Source: Pseudomonadota bacterium (GTDB lineage: Bacteria > Bdellovibrionota_B > Oligoflexia > Oligoflexales > CAIYRB01). Taken from it: 64,000 nucleotides of DNA. Positions 37,101 to 45,154 of this stretch are shown here, one piece after another (position 1 is the stretch's first letter; every line of letters begins with the position of its first letter). A program made the translations under genes and the position numbers. Below the pieces are notes generated by a model. The model was not told the origin of the DNA, did not search any database, and saw only the letters and a list, made by a program, of their open reading frames with translations. Location: contig JANOTL010000159.1 in NCBI GenBank assembly GCA_031416315.1, positions 1 through 64,000 of the forward strand, in the 5' to 3' direction.

Positions 37101-37232
37101 TCAGACGGCGGCGGCAACCCCAAAACCCGTCACCAGCAGAATCCATCCTGCCTTATCCGGAACGGCCGCGGTCAGCGCCAAGGCCGCGAGCATCCATCCC
37201 GAGATCCGCATCCAGCGGGTCATAGTCATCAT
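37101..37232 (-). CDS. Unannotated small hydrophobic protein (40-43 aa)
   Basis: MMTMTRWMRISGWMLAALALTAAVPDKAGWILLVTGFGVAAAV, with GGAGG and GAGGAG RBS motifs directly upstream. Confidence 0.6.
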   Translation of the reverse strand: MMTMTRWMRISGWMLAALALTAAVPDKAGWILLVTGFGVAAAV

Positions 37233-37270
37233 CTCCTCGGTTCCTCCAGGGGTGTTCCGAGAAAGCGCTT

Positions 37271-37286
37271 TGCAAACGCGGTGCCG
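37271..37286 (-). promoter_or_regulatory. Putative sigma54 (-24/-12) promoter
   Basis: CGGCACCGCGTTTGCA, i.e. GG-N10-GC, close to the TGGCACGNNNNTTGCW consensus. Confidence 0.6.
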
Positions 37287-37382
37287 AAACTCTCACGCCG
37301 AAATCGTGAAGCAATTCAAGCCCGGCCGTTTGCGACCTGTGTCGTGCGAGACGCAGTTGTGGGGAGTCTGCAACGCGTTGCG

Positions 37383-39746
37383 CTACACTCCGCTGCCGTC
37401 TCCCTCGCCAGACGCCGGGCTCGGCTCCGAGCTCGGCGCCGCGATCGGCGCCACGGCCGTCGGCCCCAAGGTCATCGGCGCCGTCGTGCCTTCGCTGCCG
37501 CCGGTCTTGGTCGCCAGATGATCCTTCTTCTTCTCCTTCTCCTTCTCCTTCCGTTTCGCGATCGGGCGCACGCCCTTCGTCCGCAGCGGATTGTGTCGGA
37601 TGGCGATTTCGTACGGCATCGACTGGATGCCACCCTCGCGCACGATCTCGATGAATCGCGACTGCGAGCGGAGCTCCGGCTGCCCCACGCCCGGCTTTTT
37701 CCGCGTGTATTTGCCGTCCGCCTGCAGAACGCGCGCTTTGACGTTGTCCGCCCAGCAGGTGTCCATGATCTCGTGGACCAGCCGCTTCCGGACGTCGGGA
37801 TCCCGGATCGGGATCAGGATCTCGATCCGCCGGTCCATGTTCCGCGGCATCATGTCGGCGCTCGACAGGAACACCGCCGTGTCCCCGCCGTTCTGGAAGT
37901 AGTAGACCCGGCTGTGCTCGAGGAAGCGGTCGATGATCGACACCACCTCGATGTTGTGGCTGATCCCGAGGATCCCCGGGCGGAGGCAGCAGATCCCCCG
38001 CACGATCAGCTGGATCCGCACGCCCGCCTGCGACGCCCGATAGAACGCGTCGATGATGTCCTTGTCCACGAGCGCGTTCATCTTCGCCATGATGAAGCCG
38101 GTGCCGGTCTTCTTCATCATCTCGATCTCGTTGTCGATCAACGCGACGAGCGACTGGCGCGCGTTGATCGGCGCCATCGCGAGCCGGGTCAGCTTGCCCG
38201 CGATCACCGAATCCTTGACGCGATTCGCGCCGGTCAGGACGTCGAAGCCGGTGATCAAGTTGAAGATCATGGCCACATCGCTGCCGATGCCCTCGTCCGC
38301 GGTGAAGAGACCCACGTCGGTATAGAGCTTCGCCGTCGACGAGTTGTAGTTGCCCGTGGACAGGTGGACGTAGCGCACGAGCTTCTGCTTCTCCCGCCGC
38401 ACGACGAGCGCCATCTTCGCATGCGTCTTCAGGCCGACGAAGCCGAAGACGACGTTGACGCCTGCCCGCTCCAGCCGTCGCGCCCACGAGATGTTGTTCT
38501 TCTCGTCGAACCGCGCCTTTAGCTCGATGACTGTCGTCACCTGCTTGCCGTTCTCGGCGGCGGAGATCAAGGCGTCGATGATCGGCGAGTCACCGGCCGA
38601 GCGGTAGAGCGTGATCTTGATCGCCATCACGTTCGGGTCATGCGCCGCCGACGCGAGGAACTCGGTCACCGCATAGAAGCTCTCGTACGGGTGGTGCACG
38701 AGCAGGTCTTTGAGCGAGATCACCGAGAAGATGTCGTCGACGCCCGACAGCGAGGCCGGTAGGCGGGGGTTGAACGGCGGGTCCTTCAGGGCGTCGAGCG
38801 GCAGGCCGTAGAGCCCCATCAGCCCGCTTAGGTGCAAAGGCTGAGGGATCCGGTACACGTCGCCGTCGCCGACGCCGATCTTTCCCTTGAGGAAGTTGAC
38901 GATCACCTGCGGCATCCGCGCGTCGACCTCGAGGCGCACGACCTCTTGGTGCTCGCGGTTCACCATCTCCTTCTGGATCGTCTTCAGGAGGTCGACGACC
39001 TTGTTCTCGAGCAGGTTGTAGTCGAGGTTCCGCGTCACGCGCACGAGATAGGACGCCTCGACCGGGCTACCGAAGAAGAGCGACGCCAGGCTGTGGGCGA
39101 TCAAGTCCTCGAGCAGCACGAAGCAGTGCTCGCCGCTGGTCGCCGACTCGTTCTTCACCGGGATGAGCCGCGGCAAGAGCGTCGGCACCTCGACGAAGCC
39201 GATGCCCATATGCTCCTGGTCGAGCTTCGGGAGCTGCTCCTTCGGCACGACCACGAGGTAGAGCGACTGGTTCACGAGAAACGGAAAGGGGTGCGCCGGG
39301 TCGACTCCGAGGGGCGTCAAGACCGGGCTCACCTCGTTCTCGAAGTAGTGCTCCAGCACCATCTTTTGCGTCGCGGTCAGCTGCTCGATGCGCAAGATCT
39401 TGGCGCCATGGCCGGAAAGCGCTGGAAGGATTTGCTCGTGCAGGCACTTGTACTGCAGGTCGATCAGGTCGGAGACGCGCGACCGGATCTTCTCCAGCAC
39501 CGTCGTCGTGTCGAGGCCGTCGGGGGAGTCGGTGAAGCGCAGGCTCTCCTGCTCCATCTTCTTCAGCCCCGCGACGCGAACCATGAAGAACTCGTCCAAG
39601 TTGGACGTGAAAATCGACAGGAATTTCAACCGCTCGAGAAGCGGCGTATCCTTGCTCAGGGCCTCTTCGAGCACGCGCCCGTTGAACTCGAGCCAGCTCA
39701 GCTCCTTGTTCAGGTAGAGGTCGGAGGGAGGAAGATTCTGGCTCAT
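37383..39746 (-). CDS. ppk1: Polyphosphate kinase 1
   Basis: NKELSWLEFN, SNLDEFFMVRVAG, HHPYESF, ELKARFDE, KTHAK, FLEHSR, SADMMPRN. Confidence 0.97.
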   Translation of the reverse strand: MSQNLPPSDLYLNKELSWLEFNGRVLEEALSKDTPLLERLKFLSIFTSNLDEFFMVRVAGLKKMEQESLRFTDSPDGLDTTTVLEKIRSRVSDLIDLQYKCLHEQILPALSGHGAKILRIEQLTATQKMVLEHYFENEVSPVLTPLGVDPAHPFPFLVNQSLYLVVVPKEQLPKLDQEHMGIGFVEVPTLLPRLIPVKNESATSGEHCFVLLEDLIAHSLASLFFGSPVEASYLVRVTRNLDYNLLENKVVDLLKTIQKEMVNREHQEVVRLEVDARMPQVIVNFLKGKIGVGDGDVYRIPQPLHLSGLMGLYGLPLDALKDPPFNPRLPASLSGVDDIFSVISLKDLLVHHPYESFYAVTEFLASAAHDPNVMAIKITLYRSAGDSPIIDALISAAENGKQVTTVIELKARFDEKNNISWARRLERAGVNVVFGFVGLKTHAKMALVVRREKQKLVRYVHLSTGNYNSSTAKLYTDVGLFTADEGIGSDVAMIFNLITGFDVLTGANRVKDSVIAGKLTRLAMAPINARQSLVALIDNEIEMMKKTGTGFIMAKMNALVDKDIIDAFYRASQAGVRIQLIVRGICCLRPGILGISHNIEVVSIIDRFLEHSRVYYFQNGGDTAVFLSSADMMPRNMDRRIEILIPIRDPDVRKRLVHEIMDTCWADNVKARVLQADGKYTRKKPGVGQPELRSQSRFIEIVREGGIQSMPYEIAIRHNPLRTKGVRPIAKRKEKEKEKKKDHLATKTGGSEGTTAPMTLGPTAVAPIAAPSSEPSPASGEGDGSGV

Positions 39747-39910
39747 GCAATGGGACTCCAGAAAACCTTGCAACGGCAGTCAGCTCGTGGAACTTTAAGG
39801 GAAAGCTTCCGCGGACCGATGATGTATTTCGAATGCCTGTTCTGCGAGGGTCGTTTGGCGATCGGGGGGAATTCGGGGTGACGTCGAGCCGGGAATCGCG
39901 GGTGATACGG

Positions 39911-40567
39911 ATGGTGAACCAGGAAGCATCCATCTTCCCGGATCTACACCGTATTGTAACATGCGAGGAGCGCGTCGAAGAGGCGCTGCACTTCCTGGCG
40001 TCCCGTCTCGAGCAGCGCCCCCGCCGCGGCAAGAAACCTGTGTTGCTTCACAGTGTTAGGGTTGGATTTCTGCTCATGGCCTTCGGCTGCCCGACCGACG
40101 TGGTCATCGCCGGCCTCCTCCACGACGTCATGGAGAAGACCACCGCGAACTCGAGAGACATCCAGCGCCGGTTCGGGGCCCGAGTCGCGGCCATCGTCAG
40201 GGCCACCACCAACGATCCGACCTTGCGCTCCCCCATCGAGCGCTACGAGGACAGCGTCCGCCGTTGCGCCAAGATCGGCCCCACGGCCCTGGTGGTCCGC
40301 GCCGCCGACCTCTGCGACAACACCGACCGCGTCCTCCACACCCCGCGCCTCGGCCGGGTCGAGAAGCTCCTCGAGAAGGTGGAGGTCCTCCTCGCGGCCG
40401 CCCGCGAGAAGAAGATCGACGATCGCTTGGTGGTCGAGCTGGTAAAGCGCCAGCGCCGCCTCCAGAAGTTGATGGCCGAGCAGCGTGGCACCGCGAAGAA
40501 GGTCGCTGGGGGAGCCGCCGCGCGCGCGCCTCGGATCGCCTCCGTCAGGCGCTGGCGCCGGACTTGA
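39911..40567 (+). CDS. HD-domain protein, small alarmone hydrolase/Mesh1-like
   Basis: R..K.P..LH, AGLLHD..E, FG..VA.IV...T and AD..DN motifs. Confidence 0.75.
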   Translation: MVNQEASIFPDLHRIVTCEERVEEALHFLASRLEQRPRRGKKPVLLHSVRVGFLLMAFGCPTDVVIAGLLHDVMEKTTANSRDIQRRFGARVAAIVRATTNDPTLRSPIERYEDSVRRCAKIGPTALVVRAADLCDNTDRVLHTPRLGRVEKLLEKVEVLLAAAREKKIDDRLVVELVKRQRRLQKLMAEQRGTAKKVAGGAAARAPRIASVRRWRRT

Positions 40568-41448
40568 TCCCCGTCCCCCTGAGCCCGGTCCCTTGGCTCC
40601 GCGCCCTCCTGATCTTGACCCTGGCCCTCGGCGGCTGTGTCTCGACCAAGGGCCGCAGGGCAAAGAAGGACCCCGCCGCCACGAAGGCGGCCCCGACCCA
40701 GGTCGACGCGCCGTCCAAGGACGATCCCGCCATGGACGCCCGCATCGGCGAGATCACCAAATCGATCGTCATCCAGGCCACGGTCGAGAACCTGAACGCG
40801 ATCGCCGCGGAGGGCCGCCTCCTTCTCCTCAACGACGCCGCCCTCCTTCCCTGGGACGGCTTCCTGAAGCGCTACGAGGCCGAGCTCGTCGAGCTCGAGG
40901 CCGTCACTCGCGAGGTTGCCGCCGCCAAGACCGACGCCGAGGGCGCGCGCTTGATGACCCAGGCAGCCGGCCCCGTCAGCCGCGTCGAGATGCTGAACCG
41001 CATGGTCACGTCGCATCGGGACGGCGACGCGCTCGCCCTCGACGTCTACACGCTCACCGCCATGAAGCACGGCAGCGAGGCCGCCAGCGCCTTCTTCGTC
41101 GAGAACCTGGTCACCGGCGACGGCATCTCCGCCGGCGTCGTCGGCAACCTTCTGCCAGGCCTCCGTGCCCTCGCGCGCAAGCAAGAGCCGATGGCTCACT
41201 ATGCCCTTGCGACCGCCTACCTCGTCGGCCGCCTCGCCCGCAAAGACGAGAAAATCGCCTTCAAGCACGCGTCCGAGGCCGCCCGCCTTGAGCTTCCCGA
41301 AGGTCAGTTCCTCCTAGGCCTCTTTCACGTCAAAGGCATCGGCACGCCCAAAGACAGGGCCAAAGCGAAGGCTCTCCTGCAAAAAGCGGCGGCCGGAGGC
41401 TACGAAGAGGCGGCGGAGGTGTTGGCGGCCCTAGAGCTTCAAAAGTAA
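40564..41448 (+). CDS. Lipoprotein with C-terminal Sel1-like repeats
   Basis: Lipobox LGGC; repeats AHYALATAYLVG and GQFLLGLFHVKGIGTPKD. Start uncertain. Confidence 0.75.
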   Translation: MIPVPLSPVPWLRALLILTLALGGCVSTKGRRAKKDPAATKAAPTQVDAPSKDDPAMDARIGEITKSIVIQATVENLNAIAAEGRLLLLNDAALLPWDGFLKRYEAELVELEAVTREVAAAKTDAEGARLMTQAAGPVSRVEMLNRMVTSHRDGDALALDVYTLTAMKHGSEAASAFFVENLVTGDGISAGVVGNLLPGLRALARKQEPMAHYALATAYLVGRLARKDEKIAFKHASEAARLELPEGQFLLGLFHVKGIGTPKDRAKAKALLQKAAAGGYEEAAEVLAALELQK

Positions 41449-41493
41449 CCGCGTCGGCGCTCTTTGCGGTAAAAGCCCGTCCGGCCTCCACCT

Positions 41494-42552
41494 CTAGGAC
41501 GCCGCCACCTGCTCCACCCCGTCCGCCGACCCACGCGGAATGAAGCTCGAGATCGAGTTCGACCGAATGTAGTCCTCGAACACGTACTGATCTTTCTCGC
41601 TCATGTTGATGAACTTCACGCCGAAGCCGGCTTTGTAGCCTTCCTCGCGCGAAGGTCTCTTCCAAACCACGAGCCCGCGCACCTTCAAGGTGTCTGTGCA
41701 AGCGGCTGGCGTCACCTTGAGCTCGACGACGCTGCCGATGCCCAAGCGATTCTTCTTCTGTGCCGTTTGGTCCATCGGAATGAACGCGCCCCCGAAGCCG
41801 ATCTCGCCGCGCTTGATCGCGAAGGTCTCATCGAGGACGATCGGCGCCGAGCCCGCGATCTGCAGGAGCTCGTCCTTCTCTTCCTTCGACTCGACCAGAT
41901 ATTCCATGATCATGCGGAAGAGCTTGTCCAGGTCGATCGGCTTCTCGATGAAGCCGGCCGCGCCGTAGTGCATGCACTCTTCGGTCGAATGATCCGGGTA
42001 GCCGGTGATGAACATGAAGTACGGCCACACTTGGTACGCCTTGCGCACCGCCTTCAACACTTCCATGCCGTCCATCGACGGCATCCGCAGGTCGCATACC
42101 ACGAAGTCGATGTTGAACTTCGAGATCGTCTCCACCGCCTGGTTGGGGTCCAAGAGGCTGTAGGTCTTGATCCCGCGCTCGGCCAGGCCATTGCGCACGT
42201 ATTCGCAGATCATCGCCTCGTCGTCGATGATCAGAACCCGGGGCTTCCGGACGAAGAGGCTGCGGTTCTGGAGGCGATCGGCCGCGAAGCGTAGGAAGGA
42301 CGAGAGGATCTCAGTCTTCGACTTCGTGTGCGTTTTTTCGAAGATCGACTTCAGGTGATTGTTCACCGTGTGCGTCGAGATCCCGAGCGATTGGGCGATC
42401 TCTTCGGAGTTGGTGATGTTCCGGATCAAGGCCATGACGATGTCGGTCTCGCGCTTGCTGAGTCGACTAAACTGGGTAAAGCCTTCGATCTCGGCTGCGA
42501 ACACCGAAGGGGCCTGGCTCGTCTTCGCGGAATTTTCGCTCTTGCTCGCCAA
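41494..42552 (-). CDS. LuxR-HTH / REC / PilZ-like regulator
   Basis: LSKRE...IAQSLGISTHTVNNHLKSIFEK (HTH); IDDE...CDLRMPSMDG...KP (REC); GGAFI...VRGLVVW...GFGVKF (PilZ-like). Confidence 0.85.
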   Translation of the reverse strand: MASKSENSAKTSQAPSVFAAEIEGFTQFSRLSKRETDIVMALIRNITNSEEIAQSLGISTHTVNNHLKSIFEKTHTKSKTEILSSFLRFAADRLQNRSLFVRKPRVLIIDDEAMICEYVRNGLAERGIKTYSLLDPNQAVETISKFNIDFVVCDLRMPSMDGMEVLKAVRKAYQVWPYFMFITGYPDHSTEECMHYGAAGFIEKPIDLDKLFRMIMEYLVESKEEKDELLQIAGSAPIVLDETFAIKRGEIGFGGAFIPMDQTAQKKNRLGIGSVVELKVTPAACTDTLKVRGLVVWKRPSREEGYKAGFGVKFINMSEKDQYVFEDYIRSNSISSFIPRGSADGVEQVAAS

Positions 42553-42681
42553 CTTGGACCCATCTGATCAAGTATTTGTCTGCACGATTCAACCGGCTAA
42601 GTGACTAATAGAAATCGTATTCTTGGCCGTGGTGAAGCGTCCATAGCAAAGCTTGATCAATTTGCGGAGTGCCAAAATTCG

Positions 42682-45093
42682 TCAGGGAAAACGGGAGGGA
42701 TCCCGCTCCTGCATCATCCCATAGACCGTTTCCAGCACGTCTTCGGCGCTAGGTTTGCTCCAGTAGTCGCCGTCGGAGGCGTAGGCAGCGCGGTGCGGTT
42801 TCGCGGCCAGCGTCCGTGGCGGCGCGTCGAGGTGCTCGTATCCTCCCTGAGTCTCGAGCACCTGCTGCATCATGTACGCGGCCGCGCCACCGGGCACGTC
42901 CTCGTCGAAGAACAGTGCCATGTTCGTCTTCGCCAGGGAGCGGCCGATGACACCGGTCGTGTCGAAGGGCAGCAGGGTCTGGACGTCGACGAGCTCGACC
43001 GAGATCCCGAGCTCTTCTAGCGGCTTCATCGCGTCCTCGACGATCCGCACGCAGGCGCCATACGTCACGATCGTGATGTCGGTGCCCTCGTGGAGCACCT
43101 CGGGCACGCCGAGCGGCACCGTGTACTCGCCAAGGTTCGAAGGCATCGCCTCTTTCAAGCGATAGCCGTTGAGCACTTCGATCACGAGCGCCGGGTCGTC
43201 GCCCTGGAAGAGGGTGTTGTACATGCCGGCGGCCTGCACCATGTTGCGCGGCACGCACACGTGCATGCCGCGGATGCCGTTGACGATCGTGCCCATCGGC
43301 GAGCCCGAGTGCCAAATTCCTTCTAGGCGGTGGCCCTTGGTGCGCACGATGACTGGGGCGATCTGCCCACCCGCCGAGCGGTAGTGCACCGTCGCAAGGT
43401 CGTCTGAGAGGCCCTGAAAGCAGTAGAGCAAGTAGTCGAGATACTGAATGTCGACGACGGGACGCAGACCGCGCATCGCCGCGCCGATCCCTTGGCCTAG
43501 GATGGTCGCTTCGCGAATGCCGGTATCGGTGATGCGCACCTCGCCGTACTTCTCTTGAATGCCTTTGAACTCTTGGTTGACGCCGCCGAGCTTACCGACG
43601 TCCTCTCCGATGATGAAGACCCTGGGATCGCGCGCCATCAGCTTGTCGAAAAAGGCCGCGATCACGTCGCTGCCTTGCACCTGCTCGGGCGTTGCGTCGA
43701 AGGTCTTCTCGACCTGCGGCACGTGGAGGGGGGAGCGCTCCGTCTCCGACAAGAGCCAGCGGTCGTAACGCTCCGCGTTCTCCTTCATGTATGCGTCCGT
43801 GAACGCCTTCAACTCCGCCGTACCGGTCGCATCGCCCTTCAGCTTGAACAAAGAACGCCGTGCCGATGAGGCCACGACCCGGCGAAACAGCGCCGGCGCC
43901 CGTTTCAAGCCCCTGATTTGATCTTCGAAATAGCCCTTCGCCGCTTCGTCCTGCGAGCGCTCGGCGATCATCTCGTAAAGGTCGATCAGGCGGTCGCGGT
44001 CGGCCGCGATCGGCTCGAGGTAGTCGTCCCACGCTTGCTGGCGCTGCGCCTCGACCTCTTTCGCGCACTCTTTTTCCAGGGAGTCGAGCGCCGGCTCTTG
44101 TGCCACCCCCGTGGTGATCATCCAGTCGCGCATCTTACGCAGGCAGTCTTCGCGTTCCTCGAAGGCCATGCGTTCGGCCTTCTTGTAGCGCTCGTGCGAG
44201 CCAGAGGTCGAATGCCCCTGCGGCTGCGTCAGCTCGACGATGTGGAAGAGCGCCGGTACGTGCTCGCGGCGGATCTTGTCGACGCCTTTGGCGTACGCCT
44301 CGACGAGCGCCGGGTAGTCCCAGCCTTTGACCACGTGGATATCGATGCCCGCGAGGTTCTTGTCTCCCTGAAAGCCTTTGGTGATCTCGGAGATCGACTC
44401 CTTGGTCATTTGATAGGAGTTCGGGACCGAGATCCCGTACCCGTCGTCCCAAACCGAGATCGCCGCTGGCACCTGCAGGACGCCGCAGGCGTTCAGCGAT
44501 TCCCAGAAGACGCCTTCAGCCGTGGAGGCGTTGCCGATCGTTCCGAACGCGACCTCCTCGCCGCTGACCGAGAACTGGGAGAACTTCCCCAGCTCTGGAT
44601 TCTGCCGGTAGAGCTTCGACGCATACGCCAGACCGACTAGCCGCGACATCTGCCCCGCCGTCGGCGACATGTCGGCGGAGGAGTTGTGCATCATCAACTG
44701 ATTGAGCCAGCGGCCCTGGTCGTCCAGATAGCGGGTCGAGTAGTGCGCGTTCATTTGCCGCCCGCCCGAGGCGGGCTCGTGCGCCAGATCAGTGTCGGCA
44801 TAGAGCTGCGCGAAGAACTTGCGCACGTCGCTCGCCCCGATGGCGAACATGAACGTCTGATCGCGGTAGTAGCCCGAGCGCCAGTCGCCCCTGCGGAAGG
44901 CCTTGGCCATCGCGATCTGGGCGACCTCCTTGCCGTCGCCGAAGATCCCGAATTTCGCCTTGCCGGTGAGCACTTCCTTGCGGCCGATCAGGCTCGCCTG
45001 GCGGCTCGTGTAGGCGAGGCGGTAGTCCGCGATCACGTCGGCGACCGGAGACTCGACGACGCGCAGCTTGTTCTTGGGTTGCGCCTTGGCCAT
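42682..45093 (-). CDS. 2-oxoacid (likely branched-chain) dehydrogenase E1, fused alpha+beta
   Basis: SGYYRD, TPP-binding region, GHSTSG, GEDVG, DTGIRE and DIQYLDY motifs. Confidence 0.9.
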   Translation of the reverse strand: MAKAQPKNKLRVVESPVADVIADYRLAYTSRQASLIGRKEVLTGKAKFGIFGDGKEVAQIAMAKAFRRGDWRSGYYRDQTFMFAIGASDVRKFFAQLYADTDLAHEPASGGRQMNAHYSTRYLDDQGRWLNQLMMHNSSADMSPTAGQMSRLVGLAYASKLYRQNPELGKFSQFSVSGEEVAFGTIGNASTAEGVFWESLNACGVLQVPAAISVWDDGYGISVPNSYQMTKESISEITKGFQGDKNLAGIDIHVVKGWDYPALVEAYAKGVDKIRREHVPALFHIVELTQPQGHSTSGSHERYKKAERMAFEEREDCLRKMRDWMITTGVAQEPALDSLEKECAKEVEAQRQQAWDDYLEPIAADRDRLIDLYEMIAERSQDEAAKGYFEDQIRGLKRAPALFRRVVASSARRSLFKLKGDATGTAELKAFTDAYMKENAERYDRWLLSETERSPLHVPQVEKTFDATPEQVQGSDVIAAFFDKLMARDPRVFIIGEDVGKLGGVNQEFKGIQEKYGEVRITDTGIREATILGQGIGAAMRGLRPVVDIQYLDYLLYCFQGLSDDLATVHYRSAGGQIAPVIVRTKGHRLEGIWHSGSPMGTIVNGIRGMHVCVPRNMVQAAGMYNTLFQGDDPALVIEVLNGYRLKEAMPSNLGEYTVPLGVPEVLHEGTDITIVTYGACVRIVEDAMKPLEELGISVELVDVQTLLPFDTTGVIGRSLAKTNMALFFDEDVPGGAAAYMMQQVLETQGGYEHLDAPPRTLAAKPHRAAYASDGDYWSKPSAEDVLETVYGMMQERDPSRFP

Positions 45094-45154
45094 CCGAGGG
45101 GTGCTCCTGAATTGTGGAAACCGAAATGTACCGAACGGCTTGGGGCGCGAGCAA

